Positions 49,726 through 60,395 of a DNA stretch of 64,000 bases are shown here, piece by piece; the first letter of the stretch is position 1; every line of letters starts with the position of its first letter. The position numbers and the translations under genes are program-made. Below the pieces are notes generated by a model. It saw only the letters and a list, made by a program, of their open reading frames with translations. It did no database searches and was not told the origin of the DNA. Origin of the DNA: an uncultured Nitrososphaerota archaeon (GTDB lineage Archaea > Thermoproteota > Nitrososphaeria > Nitrososphaerales > CADDZS01); assembly GCA_963799845.1 (NCBI GenBank), contig CAWCYI010000004.1, positions 1,184,001 through 1,248,000 on the forward strand, given 5' to 3'.

Positions 49726-50955
49726 ATGACGAGAGTCGGAATAGACGCACATAAGAAGAGCTGCACCACGCAGGTCTTCGCGGACGGAGAAGAGTCACCC
49801 ATACAATCCTTCGTCTTCAAGACGAGCAGGGCAGGAGTCTCTGAGATGCTAGCAAAGATTCCGGACAAATCTGTATTTGTCATCGAATCTAGCACAACTG
49901 GAAAGGCGGTCACGAGAATGATTTCTTCTTTCGCATCAAACCAGCACGTGATTCACATGGTTGCGCCACCAGAGAAGAAAGCATCTGTGAAAACCGATAA
50001 GAGAGACTGCGAGCGTATCGTCAAGGAGGATGCACTGGGCTACTTGAGAAGGTGCTACGTTCCCTCACAGTACATAGAAGACATGCGCTTTCTTGTGACC
50101 CAACAGATAGAGATTGGCGCAAAGATATCGAGAGTAAAGAACCAGATCCAAGCTCTACTGGAGAGAAACATGGTCCAGAGCGAGTTCTCAGAATTCTCTG
50201 ACGTGTTCAGTAACGGAGGTCTTCAAAAGCTCGGAGAGATAGAGCTTCCAAAGCAAGACAGGCTGGCTCTCGCATTGCATCTTTCGGAGCTCAAGTTCTA
50301 TGCAACCCAGCATACGGAGGTTGAGACCGAGATTGCAAAGATGGCAGCCTCAGACGAAGACTGCCAGCTTCTGTTCAGTCACCCTGGCATCAATGCTTTC
50401 ACCGCAGTAGCCATCAAGGCAAGAATAGGAGACGCTTCAAGGTTCCCCACAAAGAAACATCTCTGCTCGTATGCCGGAGTCGTTCCAGGTGCTGACAACA
50501 GTGGAGAGCGTGAGTCCCACCACGAACACGTAAAGCACGGCGACGTCATATTGAAGTACGCTCTAACATGCGCAGTGAGTGGAGCCGTGAAAGCCAAGAC
50601 GGATTCTGCTGTCAAAAGAGTCTACCTGAAGCACATCAAGAGGGGGAAAGCTCCTCAGGAGGCTCAGGTTGATGCTGCAAGGAAACTCGCCTGCATTGTC
50701 TGGAAGATGCTTACATTCAAGCAGAGGTACGTCGAGGAGGACAAGTATCTGACAGCGAAGAAGATGAGGCAAACATCCTTCAATGCTCAAAGAGTCATCA
50801 AAGACGCGATACTACCAGAGAGCGTTACAGAGCTAGCCAAAAGCCTTTCATCGGACGTTAGCGTACTGGAGCAGTACTCAACGAATCTTGATCGTATGCT
50901 TGGTCGTCACAATCGGAGAAAAAAGGAAAATAGCAGGCAGACAGGAGTGACTTGA
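49726..50955 (+). CDS. IS110-family recombinase/transposase
   Basis: RuvC-like DEDD: VGIDAHK, VIESS, KTDKRD; Tnp domain PGI...A, RF, SYAGVVPGADNSG (catalytic Ser), ARKL. Confidence 0.95.
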   Translation: MTRVGIDAHKKSCTTQVFADGEESPIQSFVFKTSRAGVSEMLAKIPDKSVFVIESSTTGKAVTRMISSFASNQHVIHMVAPPEKKASVKTDKRDCERIVKEDALGYLRRCYVPSQYIEDMRFLVTQQIEIGAKISRVKNQIQALLERNMVQSEFSEFSDVFSNGGLQKLGEIELPKQDRLALALHLSELKFYATQHTEVETEIAKMAASDEDCQLLFSHPGINAFTAVAIKARIGDASRFPTKKHLCSYAGVVPGADNSGERESHHEHVKHGDVILKYALTCAVSGAVKAKTDSAVKRVYLKHIKRGKAPQEAQVDAARKLACIVWKMLTFKQRYVEEDKYLTAKKMRQTSFNAQRVIKDAILPESVTELAKSLSSDVSVLEQYSTNLDRMLGRHNRRKKENSRQTGVT

Positions 50956-51035
50956 TGATGTTTAATATTCCTTCTTCAATAGAAGATTTTCACGGGAGAA
51001 ACTCGGACTCTGGGTAGCGAGATAGAATGCTTTGG

Positions 51036-52059
51036 CTAAAAGACAGTTGAAGAGAAAAGCTCCAGGGATTTGTATTTCGGATAATCTAAAAACATGAGCT
51101 CGAAGCGCTGACACCCCAATTCGACGTACTTCTTTAGTTTCTCTCTGACTTCGTCGGGCGTCCCGATGATAGTCTTCTCTATGTCAAACACATAATCGGG
51201 CGAAGGGAGCTGGACAATCGATGATCCGAGAGCGCCTACAACATCCATCACTCTCTTTTTCTTTTCCCTTAATTCGTCATGGTTTTTGGCAATGAGCACA
51301 TGGGCATGAATGCTCCTCTTGATGCTGTCCGGCGTTCTCCCTTGCTTCTTGAGCTCTTGATTGAGAAATTCTGCCCTCTCCCTGTATTGCTCGTACGTAG
51401 GTTCCGCGCCGATGTCCCATTCGTCGGCAAGCTCTGCAGCTACGCGCAGGGTTCTCTTGCCCCATCCACCTACCATTAACGGAACCTTTTTGGAGGGCAC
51501 GGGGTTGTTGACAACATTGTCAACGCCGTAATATTTTCCTCTGTAGCTGAACTTTCGACCACTCATCATTCCACGTATTATCTCGATACCCTCCCTCATC
51601 ATATCGACCCTGACGGATGCAGGTCGAAAGTCGTATCCAAAGGCTTTGTACCTCGAGCTCGTACCATCCCGCGCCGTAACCAAGGATGAACCTGTTGTCT
51701 GACATCAACGCTAGGGACGAAGCCATCTTGGCTACCAGTGCTGGATTTCTGTAATTGTTGCAACAGACGTAAGTGCCGAGGTGAACTCTTGACGTTACTT
51801 GGGACAGGGCGCTGAGCGTCGTCCATACCTCAAATGTCATTCCGTTTTTGCCTAGCATGAAGTGATCAGGCGACCAGAGCGAATTGTAACCCAGTGATTC
51901 TGCCTCCCTCGCAAAACTCACTACACTGCCCCAATTGACTTCAGAGTTAAGCGGCAAATCATAGAGTCCCCAATATTCTTCGGCATTTGGCGTTCCAGTC
52001 GCATCCCCAGCGTAGGAGGGTACCACTACGCCGAACTCCGCTTCAACCCTTGTCATCAT
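51036..52059 (-). CDS. LLM-class (probably F420-dependent) oxidoreductase (frameshift ~51651)
   Basis: WSPDHF, YRNPALVAK, LGYGAGWYELE + extra G + YKAFGYDF, VGGWG. Confidence 0.87.
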
Positions 52060-52155
52060 CCGAATATTCTTGTTTGGCCAAGTAAAAATGATTTGTTTTT
52101 ACGAGGGCATCAATCTTATCTGTAATTTGAAAAAATTGTTTTCAGTGACATATCT

Positions 52156-53143
52156 TTGAGACTGGTTCAGTTTTATGATCGGGATGATAATCGAAGAGTG
52201 GGTGCGAGCGAAGACGACCATTCGCTGCGACTTTTGAAAAATACAAAGAGCATTTACGAGCTTGCGATGGAATCCATCAGCTTGGGAGTGGACTTGAAAA
52301 CCCGAGTGAGAAGTTTGCTCAGCGACGAGACAGTCGACTATGATCAAATTGCCCGAGAGAATCGACTTCTAGTACCGCTGGATCATCCCGATCCTGCTCA
52401 CTGCCTTGTTAGCGGAACTGGACTAGATCACCTGGGAAGTGCAATTGCAAGAAATGCAATGCATGCGGACATGGGGGAGCTCACAGACTCGATGAAGATG
52501 TTCAACATCGGTCTGGAAAGTGGCAAGCCGCAGAAAGGAGAGGTCGGTGCTCAGCCAGAGTGGTTTTACAAGGGTGACGGAAGTTGCGTAGTTCCTCCGG
52601 GGCACGACTTTCAGATTCCTGCGTTTTCTGAAGATGCGGGAGAAGAAGCTGAACTGGTTGGATTGTATGTCGTCTCGGAAGGAGGCGTTGTGTTCAGGGT
52701 CGGCTACGCCTTGGGAAACGAACTGTCCGATCATGTACTCGAGAAAAAGAATTATCTTTACCTTGCTCACTCCAAATTACGCCAATGCTGCGTGGGTCCT
52801 GAGCTGTTCATTGACACTCTTCCGGACAGCGTTACGGGCACTGTCCGTGTGATGCGGGGCGGCGAAACTCTTTGGTCCAGCGAGTTTAAGACTGGGGAAG
52901 CGAACATGACGCACAGCCTAGCCAACCTCGAGTACCACCACTTCAAGTACGAAAGATTTAGGCGGCCTGGTGATGTGCATCTACATTTTTTCGGAGCATC
53001 AGTCCTCAGTTTTTCAGCGGGCGTGATTGCAAGAGCGGGGGATGTTTTCGAGAATCTCGGCCTCTGGATTCGGCCGGCCACTTTGTAACCGGCTCGTGAT
53101 CCAACAAAAAGATGAGAGGGGCGCTACAGTTAGTCCTCTTTGA
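52156..53143 (+). CDS. gguC: GguC/AraD1-family FAH-superfamily protein (frameshift ~53052)
   Basis: MRLVQF, DHPDPAHCLVSGTGL.HLGSA, TDSMKMF, QPEWFYKGDG, NYLYLAHSKLR, NLEYHHFKY..FRRPGDVH.HFFG. Corrected C-terminus ISASGFGRPLCN...* ends 53143. Confidence 0.85.
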
Positions 53144-53428
53144 CAATTGGACAATCGCGGGTGTTGGAAGAAAGGACGGCTGCCATAATCCACTTCCAGA
53201 GTCGCACCTGCACCGTCTCTGGGAATTCGACAAAATCATCAGGTGACCAATTGCCGAGACCGATGACTAAAAGATCATGTGGAGCCCGTGAACGTGCAAT
53301 TACTCAAGTCTAGAATCGCACGTGAAAAGCTTTCTACCCTAAACCCATAGCGGGTAATCGCAAAAAATTTAGCCTAATCCAGGTACTCCCTACATAAGTC
53401 CATGGAAGGCAAACTTTGAAAGAGGAAA

Positions 53429-54205
53429 TCAAAGGCTCAGCGAGCCAACGTCCTCTAGCGGGGAAATCGTGTAGGAGTGCGAGATTTTCCTTCGGAGAAC
53501 CGGATCGCCTACCTCAAACGTGAAATCTGTCGGAAATGTCAGTCCTTTGATTATCGACTGCCCCCTGTAAACGTTCGGGGGAACGCCCGATAATAGCTCC
53601 GAAGATCCGCCGAAAAGAACGGTCCCGTCGTTTTTCAACCATGGATTGGTTCGGAGGTGATACTCCAAATCAAAGAGATCTGAGAGCGTAAAGTCCTGAT
53701 ATGGAATCTTCGAGCCATTCACAGTTATGAAACTCTTCAAGTTCAACTGGTCCCAGTGGTCTCTTACGTCTTGATAACGCCACGCCGTGCCCGCGACAAC
53801 AGCGGGACACATCTGCTTTGTCTTCGCAGAATCAAACACCATCCCAAGTGATTGATTTGACAAGTATTGCAGGGAACGGTCGTTGTGGTCGCTTCCTACC
53901 GACACGAAGATCTCCCCTCCGTCGAATATGGCTACGTATTCGACTTCGCCGGAGGTTTGTGGTCCCTGAACTTCGATGACCTCTTCGTTAGTCAAAAGGT
54001 AGCGGCTTTTCCTGCAAATATTCGGGTTTCCATGAACGGAGTAGCCTTCTGAGCGGAGAGCTTCTAGGCTCGCACGAGTACCCTCGATGTCCCGGCTGGT
54101 ATTGCGTCCGAGAAAGAGTTTCTTCACGTTAACCGAACGAGTAGGAGGAGCAGCTCCGTCCCTCTCCAGTACGTCAAAGTCGAGTATATTTTCCATCAGG
54201 TGCAA
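53429..54205 (-). CDS. DUF2848-like FAH-fold protein
   Basis: I.VQG..TSGEVEY, VGSDHNDR, KQMC, W...DVRDHWD, YQ. Confidence 0.75.
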   Translation of the reverse strand: MHLMENILDFDVLERDGAAPPTRSVNVKKLFLGRNTSRDIEGTRASLEALRSEGYSVHGNPNICRKSRYLLTNEEVIEVQGPQTSGEVEYVAIFDGGEIFVSVGSDHNDRSLQYLSNQSLGMVFDSAKTKQMCPAVVAGTAWRYQDVRDHWDQLNLKSFITVNGSKIPYQDFTLSDLFDLEYHLRTNPWLKNDGTVLFGGSSELLSGVPPNVYRGQSIIKGLTFPTDFTFEVGDPVLRRKISHSYTISPLEDVGSLSL

Positions 54206-54309
54206 CTAGAAACAAATCCCGAACGTCTGGGCTGAACGTTAAAGTCTTTTCGTGGAGAAAGAAATATTTTCGCTGGAAATCTCGGTTTCGCAACTATCGG
54301 TCCTTTAGA

Positions 54310-55311
54310 ATGAAATATAGGGTGCTCTTTTCAGATATCACTTTCAAGGCGGCTAATCTGGAGGAAGAGTCCAGTTACAGAGAACTTGCTTCGATCGCCG
54401 ATATCACGTACAAAATACCTTCAACCGAAGATGAGATGTGCGAACTGGTAAAGAATGTCGAGGCTATAATCGTGGGCGACTTTCCGGTCACACCCAGAGT
54501 TTTCGATTCTGCGACCAGGTTGAAACTTGTAGCCAAGTGCGGAGTGGGGTACGATAACATCCACGTTGACTATGCGACAAAGCGGAAGGTTCTAGTAACA
54601 AACGTGCCGTCGGTCCTGTCCGGACCTGTGGTCGAGCATACAATGCTTCTTATGCTTGCGGTGGCGAAAAAGCTGGTGTCGGCAGATTCGTCAGTGAGGA
54701 CGAACAGCTGGGACTCGTTTCACTCGCAAGAGCCCGGATTCGAATTGTCGGGGAAAACACTTGGCGTGATCGGATTCGGTGCTATAGGCTCCCGCCTCGC
54801 AGAAGTCGCGCGCAGTGCATTCAACATGAATATCCTGGCTTACGATCCAGTTGTCTCTCCCGAGAGAATCCGAAAGTCCTCGGCAAAACCTGTAACCCTG
54901 GATCAACTACTCGCGAGTGCTGACATTGTTTCTGTACATGTTCCTCTGAGCCCTGCGACGAGATGCCTCGTGGGAGAGAAGGAATTTAGGCGGATGAAGC
55001 CATCGTCCGTTCTGATCAACACATCAAGAGGACGGGTACTTGACGAGAGGGCCCTAGAAAAGGCATTGACCTTGGGTTGGATAGCAGCGGCGGGAATAGA
55101 TGTTTTCGAGAATGAACCACCCGACCCAAAGAGCCCGCTCCTCAAACTATCGAATATCACCATGACCCCTCACAGCGCCGCTTTCACTGCTGAGGCGACG
55201 AAGGTTCTGTGGCTGGCTTGCATTGCGGCGGTGATTGCCGTGCTCAAGAGTGAGCGTCCACGCCCACCCGCGAATATATTGAATCCGGATGTTGCTGGCA
55301 TTAGCAAGTGA
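54310..55311 (+). CDS. D-2-hydroxyacid dehydrogenase (phosphoglycerate dehydrogenase-like)
   Basis: GVGYDN, GVIGFGAIG, HVPL, INTSRG, DVFENEP, TPHSA. Confidence 0.92.
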   Translation: MKYRVLFSDITFKAANLEEESSYRELASIADITYKIPSTEDEMCELVKNVEAIIVGDFPVTPRVFDSATRLKLVAKCGVGYDNIHVDYATKRKVLVTNVPSVLSGPVVEHTMLLMLAVAKKLVSADSSVRTNSWDSFHSQEPGFELSGKTLGVIGFGAIGSRLAEVARSAFNMNILAYDPVVSPERIRKSSAKPVTLDQLLASADIVSVHVPLSPATRCLVGEKEFRRMKPSSVLINTSRGRVLDERALEKALTLGWIAAAGIDVFENEPPDPKSPLLKLSNITMTPHSAAFTAEATKVLWLACIAAVIAVLKSERPRPPANILNPDVAGISK

Positions 55312-55335
55312 AGACCAAAACCTCGACGTCAGATA

Positions 55336-56301
55336 TCAAAACCAGTTTTTCTTGTCCATTACGTTAAGCAGCTCCTCACCTCGGCTGAATCTCTTGCAGT
55401 TTTCCAGAAGAATCCTAGTCCGTCGTTCCGGAACATGCAGCGAGTCCTGGTTTGCAGCCACATGAGGAGTAATCATGACGTCCGGATTGGACCAGAGTGG
55501 ACTAGTGGGTGGTAGCGGCTCTTCCTCGAACACGTCCAGACCCGCGCCCGCAATCTTCTTTGTCTCCAGAGCTTTCGCCAGATCATCTAAAACGATGCAG
55601 GCTCCCCGACCAACGTTGATAAGGTAACAAGTTTCTTTCATCAAATTCAATCTTTTTGAGTTAATCATCCTCCGCGTCTGCGGCGTCTCGGGAGTAGTTA
55701 TTATCACAACATCTCCGGCCGGAAGCAAAGTCTCCAGTGAGTCGGTGGAGTAGAGCGCGTCAAAGTATGCGGGTTTCTCGGCTACTCTGGGATCTATTCC
55801 AATCACCTTCATTCCAAAGGCTTTGCACAGGCGTCCAGTCTCAGCTCCGATCCCTCCGACCCCAATAATTAGAGCGGTCGAGTCGGGGAGGTACACCTTG
55901 AACGGTAACTGGGTCCATTCGGTTTTAGACTGCTGAGGGATGTACCTGTGCAGATTGCGCGAATATGCCAGAAGAAAAGACATTGCGTGGGCTGCAACAT
56001 GTTCATTGAATATTCCCCTGAAGTTCGTAACCACCACGTCGCTTTGCACGAGCTCGTCATACCAGAATGACTGAGCCGGACCCGCCGCATAGCACTGTAT
56101 CCACTTTAGTTTATTTGCACGCCGAAACAACTCCGGAGGTACATTACCATAGGCGCAATTGACTTCATCTATGTAATCGCCCACCTCAGCTGGACTTTCG
56201 AAGATTCTCACTTCGGCGCCAGGTACCGCCTCACGAATTCTGTCCTCCCATTCCACTATGATATCTGGAGGCAGGATGGCCATTTTCAAGTGCATTACCA
56301 C
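55336..56301 (-). CDS. D-2-hydroxyacid dehydrogenase
   Basis: IGVGGIG, PETPQT, INVGRG, GLDVFEEEPLP, TPHVA. Confidence 0.92.
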   Translation of the reverse strand: MVMHLKMAILPPDIIVEWEDRIREAVPGAEVRIFESPAEVGDYIDEVNCAYGNVPPELFRRANKLKWIQCYAAGPAQSFWYDELVQSDVVVTNFRGIFNEHVAAHAMSFLLAYSRNLHRYIPQQSKTEWTQLPFKVYLPDSTALIIGVGGIGAETGRLCKAFGMKVIGIDPRVAEKPAYFDALYSTDSLETLLPAGDVVIITTPETPQTRRMINSKRLNLMKETCYLINVGRGACIVLDDLAKALETKKIAGAGLDVFEEEPLPPTSPLWSNPDVMITPHVAANQDSLHVPERRTRILLENCKRFSRGEELLNVMDKKNWF

Positions 56302-56557
56302 CTTACCGGGGAATTTGGCAATAGATAGTTATTGGTTCGGGAAGGATTTCCGAAGAAGAATAATTCAAACACGTATCGAATTTTCTACTACCTTGCTGAG
56401 CCAGACTTTCATTAGCCAAAAACAAAAATCTGGTGCATGAGATATCGAACGGTACGTAAGAGTAGGGGTAACGAAATGATCATAATCAACGTTTCACAAT
56501 CAGACATGGGAGTCTGTCACTCCAGACGAGTTTGGCTATTAGCTAGCGAAAGCGTGC

Positions 56558-57091
56558 GTGTCGCCTGACCTTAGCAAAATGAATGGAAATTCAAGAGTTC
56601 AAGAGATGGACCTTCGAACTGCCACGGAAAACGTATCTGTGAGCGCACGTGTGCGCACGAAAAAAAGGAAGAGGACTGTTGAAAGAAGCGTAATCGCAAG
56701 ACTGCCTGCGAGGTGTGCGGCTGAGGTTCCGATACTTCTCCTCCTTTCAGGTTCACCCCACGGCGAAATGACAACCAAATCAGTGTTGTACGAACTTAGG
56801 AACGGCAAATGGTTCAGCGAGCTGAGGACGGAGGATAAAGAAGTAGTCTACGAAAAATCTCGAAAAAACGCGCTGGACACCATACTAAAATTTTTGAAAA
56901 AATCACTCGTTCTCAAAAAACAAGTGTTTCCGGTCGGAGAGGCGAGCGAGGTTGGCGTCTGGAAGATCACAGAGTCCGGCATTGATAGAGCTCGCAAGGA
57001 AGGCGCCAGCTGGCGAGCAACTTACAGCGAGCACCATACCATTGAAATAGATTTTGAGGATTTTCCAGACACTGATGCTAATGGGCAATAA
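56558..57091 (+). CDS. Hypothetical protein with Mrr N-terminal-like winged helix
   Basis: PILLLL....GE....V...L...D.....S......I.F....L......GVWKITESG pattern; no nuclease motif. Confidence 0.6.
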   Translation: MSPDLSKMNGNSRVQEMDLRTATENVSVSARVRTKKRKRTVERSVIARLPARCAAEVPILLLLSGSPHGEMTTKSVLYELRNGKWFSELRTEDKEVVYEKSRKNALDTILKFLKKSLVLKKQVFPVGEASEVGVWKITESGIDRARKEGASWRATYSEHHTIEIDFEDFPDTDANGQ

Positions 57092-57180
57092 AGTTTGACG
57101 AGAATGGATTCCTGCGTCTATGGTCATTCCCCGATGACAGAACTCGCAGTATTTGCATGCGCTACAAGAAAGTTGATTGA

Positions 57181-57561
57181 TTGAAATCAGGTGGAAGTTA
57201 TTTCGTGACACCACAACCGACATTTACATTCCCCGTTAGTTTTAGGCAGGTCGACAAGCCAATTTTTGATGCTCTTGTTTCCATAGCGCAGAAAGAGGGT
57301 TGTAATGTCACGACTGTATTTCGTACCGCTCTGACAGAATTTGTAGAGTCAAAAACACGTTCGGATAGTGCTGGTCGAAGGTTGGACGAGTTCTTGGACA
57401 AGTCAGCAATGTCCGCGCCAGTCTACCACGAGATGCTGACACCCGCAGAATTAAGGAGCTGGACGGAGGCTGATTTACTTCATGCGGCCAAACTTGTGCG
57501 AGGGAGAAAGGACGAACTCGATCATGAGTTGAGGCGCCGCGGGTATGTTTTCCGGTGGTGA
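57181..57561 (+). CDS. Hypothetical protein with ribbon-helix-helix-like N-terminus
   Basis: TFPVSF...KPIFDALVSIAQKEGCNVTTVFRTALTEFV (strand-helix-G-helix). Confidence 0.6.
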   Translation: MKSGGSYFVTPQPTFTFPVSFRQVDKPIFDALVSIAQKEGCNVTTVFRTALTEFVESKTRSDSAGRRLDEFLDKSAMSAPVYHEMLTPAELRSWTEADLLHAAKLVRGRKDELDHELRRRGYVFRW

Positions 57562-57666
57562 CTAGGCGCAAATCCTGTTCCCGGGTAGTATTCTAGTCGT
57601 TTTGTCTTTCCAAGCGACTCGGAGTAGAATCAAATTTTCTACCTAGATGCTGAGCCAGACATTCCT

Positions 57667-58488
57667 TTGTTCATGGAAGATCATTTCAGGAAAAATAGAA
57701 ATAATGTTGCTTTCGTTTGCCGATCTGATTACAGCTTGGAACGATATATCGACGTCCGCGGATTGAAAACGTACGTTGAAACGCTTGGTTCTGGCGAGCC
57801 GATTCTACTCCTACACGGTGGTTTGATTACCAAGGAGACTCTTTCCAATCAAGCCGATGAACTATCCAAGAATTACAGGATAATACTTCCCGAGAGACGA
57901 GGACATGGAAGGACAGCCGATCTTGATGGGGATATCACTTACGAAAACATGGCTGACGATACAGTCGCTCTGATGGAAAATCTAGGAATTCAAAGGGCTG
58001 TTCTTTGTGGCCACAGCGACGGAGCCAACGTTGCAATGTTGATAGCGATCAAACGTCCCGAACTTGTCAAAAGCATAATTCCGATCAGCGGCAATTTCAA
58101 TAATGATGACATGACCGAGGAGGATAGAGCAGCGCTTAGATCTCGGACTGTTGAAGATTTTCGAACCTCGAAACTCTTCCAGAAATGGATTGAATCATAT
58201 TATAGCGTGGTTCCAAACGCTCCCGAAAAGTTCCCCAAACTCTGCGAAAAAATAAAGAAACTCTGGACATCGGACTGGAATTGGGATGTAACAAAGATCA
58301 GTTGCCCTACATTGGTAATGTCTGGAGATAGAGATGTAATTCCGCTGTCGCATACTCTTGAAATGTTTCACAACATCAAAGATGCAAAATTATGTATTGT
58401 CCCTGGCACTACTCATGCTCTTATAGAAGAAAAGCCAAAAATGGTCAATGCTGCGATAATTGATTTTCTAAACTCAAATCGAAACTAG
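57667..58488 (+). CDS. Alpha/beta hydrolase
   Basis: LLHGG, RGHGRT, GHSDGA nucleophile, GDRD, TH. True start may be ~23 codons downstream. Confidence 0.9.
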   Translation: MFMEDHFRKNRNNVAFVCRSDYSLERYIDVRGLKTYVETLGSGEPILLLHGGLITKETLSNQADELSKNYRIILPERRGHGRTADLDGDITYENMADDTVALMENLGIQRAVLCGHSDGANVAMLIAIKRPELVKSIIPISGNFNNDDMTEEDRAALRSRTVEDFRTSKLFQKWIESYYSVVPNAPEKFPKLCEKIKKLWTSDWNWDVTKISCPTLVMSGDRDVIPLSHTLEMFHNIKDAKLCIVPGTTHALIEEKPKMVNAAIIDFLNSNRN

Positions 58489-58560
58489 AAAATCATCTCT
58501 GATCCAGTCTTAGGAACTCCCGCCTCTGTAATAGTCACGATGCAATCCGATAAAATATCA

Positions 58561-59631
58561 GTTCAATTTCTATCCTTCCAAACGAAGCAAAATCATAATA
58601 GTACACACTTCAGTTTCGGGATCAAGTCGCGCTCTTTTTGGAAGAACCTGCCTTTTCTGCCGAGCAAGAAGCCATTAGTCTAGTGCGCGAACTCCGCAAG
58701 ATTGAACTTTCAAATTATCGAGTTGTTGGCGGAATCGTAAGATATGAACAGTCCGCAAGAAATTCGATGAAGGATACAAAGCAGAGAATTGTTTCCAGTC
58801 TAAGCTCGCAACCCTTCGGATGTGATAATTATCTCATCTGGGCACCTCCCGGAAGTGGAAAGAGCTTTTCATCCAAGAAATTGCGAGATCGATGGGCGAT
58901 CATATTCTCTATCGTCGGCTTAACTTAGCTCAGTTGAGTGAACAAGATTTCCGCAGAGCTTTATCTGAATTAGAAAAACTCGACAAACCTCGCTTATGCT
59001 TCATTGACGAAGTTGATTCGAAACCATCAGAATCCTGGCCGTATGAAGCTCTCCTTCCTTCGCTTGAGCCTCCTGCTAATAAGAAAACGGTAAGATTCGC
59101 GGACTGAAAGTCATCTCTCGTACTTCGGTTTTGAGATACAAACAAACGAGCAAGAGTCTATCAGAAATCGCGAAAGAACTGAACGTCGGTGCAGTACTGG
59201 AAGGGAGCGTCAGAAAGGCAGCTGACGACTTACGAATTACCGCGCAGTGAATTGATGTAGAAAATGACGAACATCTGTGGTCTCAAGATTACGATAGGAA
59301 ATTCGAGAATGTGTTTGCACTACAAAAGGAGATAGCCCTAAAGGTCGCCGATTCTCTTCAGATTACAATTCCGACGAAGGAAAGCAAGGAGTTGGGAAAG
59401 AAACCAACACAGAGCCTGCAAGCTTTCACTCTATATCTAAAGGGTCGTTCTTACCGGCACCGGTGGACTCTCGATTCCTTCAAAAGGACAATAGATTATT
59501 GCGAGCAGGCTATCCAAATGGATCCGAATTATGCGCAAACCTACGCGGAGATCGCTAGATCTTACGCTCAAATTGGGGCTATGGAGCTGCTTCCGTCGGA
59601 GGAAGTTTTTCCGAAGGCAGAGAGGTTTGCG
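58561..59631 (+). repeat. Diverged direct duplication, homologous to 62301-64000
   Basis: Shared upstream GTTCAATTTCT...ACGAAGCAAAATCATAATAG...ATCAAGTCGCGCTC and long near-identical coding blocks. Confidence 0.9.
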
Positions 59632-60375
59632 GAGAAGGCTATTCAATTGGATCCTTCTGTTCCGGAATCTCATCTCGCGCTCGGCCTCGTTTTGTTTTGG
59701 GACAAATGGGATTTCGGAGGTGGGGAAATCGAAATGAGACGCGCCCTTGATCTCAATCCCAATCTGGTTGATGGTCATTTAGACCTCGCGATGCTTCTCG
59801 CTTTAATGAGAAGATTTGATGAAGCTGTTTTGGAGTGCAACCGCGCTCTGGAACTAGATCCACTGTCAGACTGGACGTGCGTTTGGGCAGCTGACGTGAT
59901 GGCGTGTTCTCGCCGGATTGACGAATGTATGGATTTGTCAAGAAATGCGATTGATCTTGATCCGAATTCAGCTTGGGCGCATGCCCTTTTAGGCTTTGGA
60001 TACGTTGAGAAGGGAATGTTTGAGAAAGGAATCTCAGAAACTAAGATAGCCACAGAAATGTCTGGCGGGATTGACGTCGTCCAAAAGAAAGATCTCGTCT
60101 ACGCCTATGGCAAAGCCGGAAGAATTGACGAAGTAAGAAAGGTTCTCACCGACTTGTTGAGTATGAAGGAACAAGGGTACAGGGCAGAACCGGCAATTGC
60201 CCTTGCTTACTTGTATCTAGGTGAAAGGGTCAAGGCAATGGAGTGGCTTGAGAGAGCTTACGAGCAACGTTCAGGTTATGTTGTCGGGATTAATGGGGAT
60301 CCTGTGTTCGAAGACTTCCGCTCCGATCCCAGATTTCAGGCTTTACTGAAGAAGATTGGTTTTCCCGACACGTAG
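58638..60375 (+). pseudogene. Decayed AAA+ ATPase-TolB_N-TPR gene (paralog of 62423..)
   Basis: APPGSGKS, FIDEVD; 1-nt loss ~58866; ~628-bp internal deletion at 59091-59095 relative to the second copy; in-frame TGA 59248-59250; TPR tail 59311-60375 still open. Confidence 0.85.
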
Positions 60376-60395
60376 AATGATTGGGATTTAGGCAC

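Larger units (their letters stand above)
49474..50996 (+). mobile_element. IS110-family element (~1.52 kb)
   Basis: CGGG at both junctions (49474-49477, 50993-50996). Sub-terminal IR CATGAAAATCTT (49478-49489) / AAGATTTTCACG (50983-50994), 11/12. Long 5' non-coding end, short 3' end. Confidence 0.82.
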
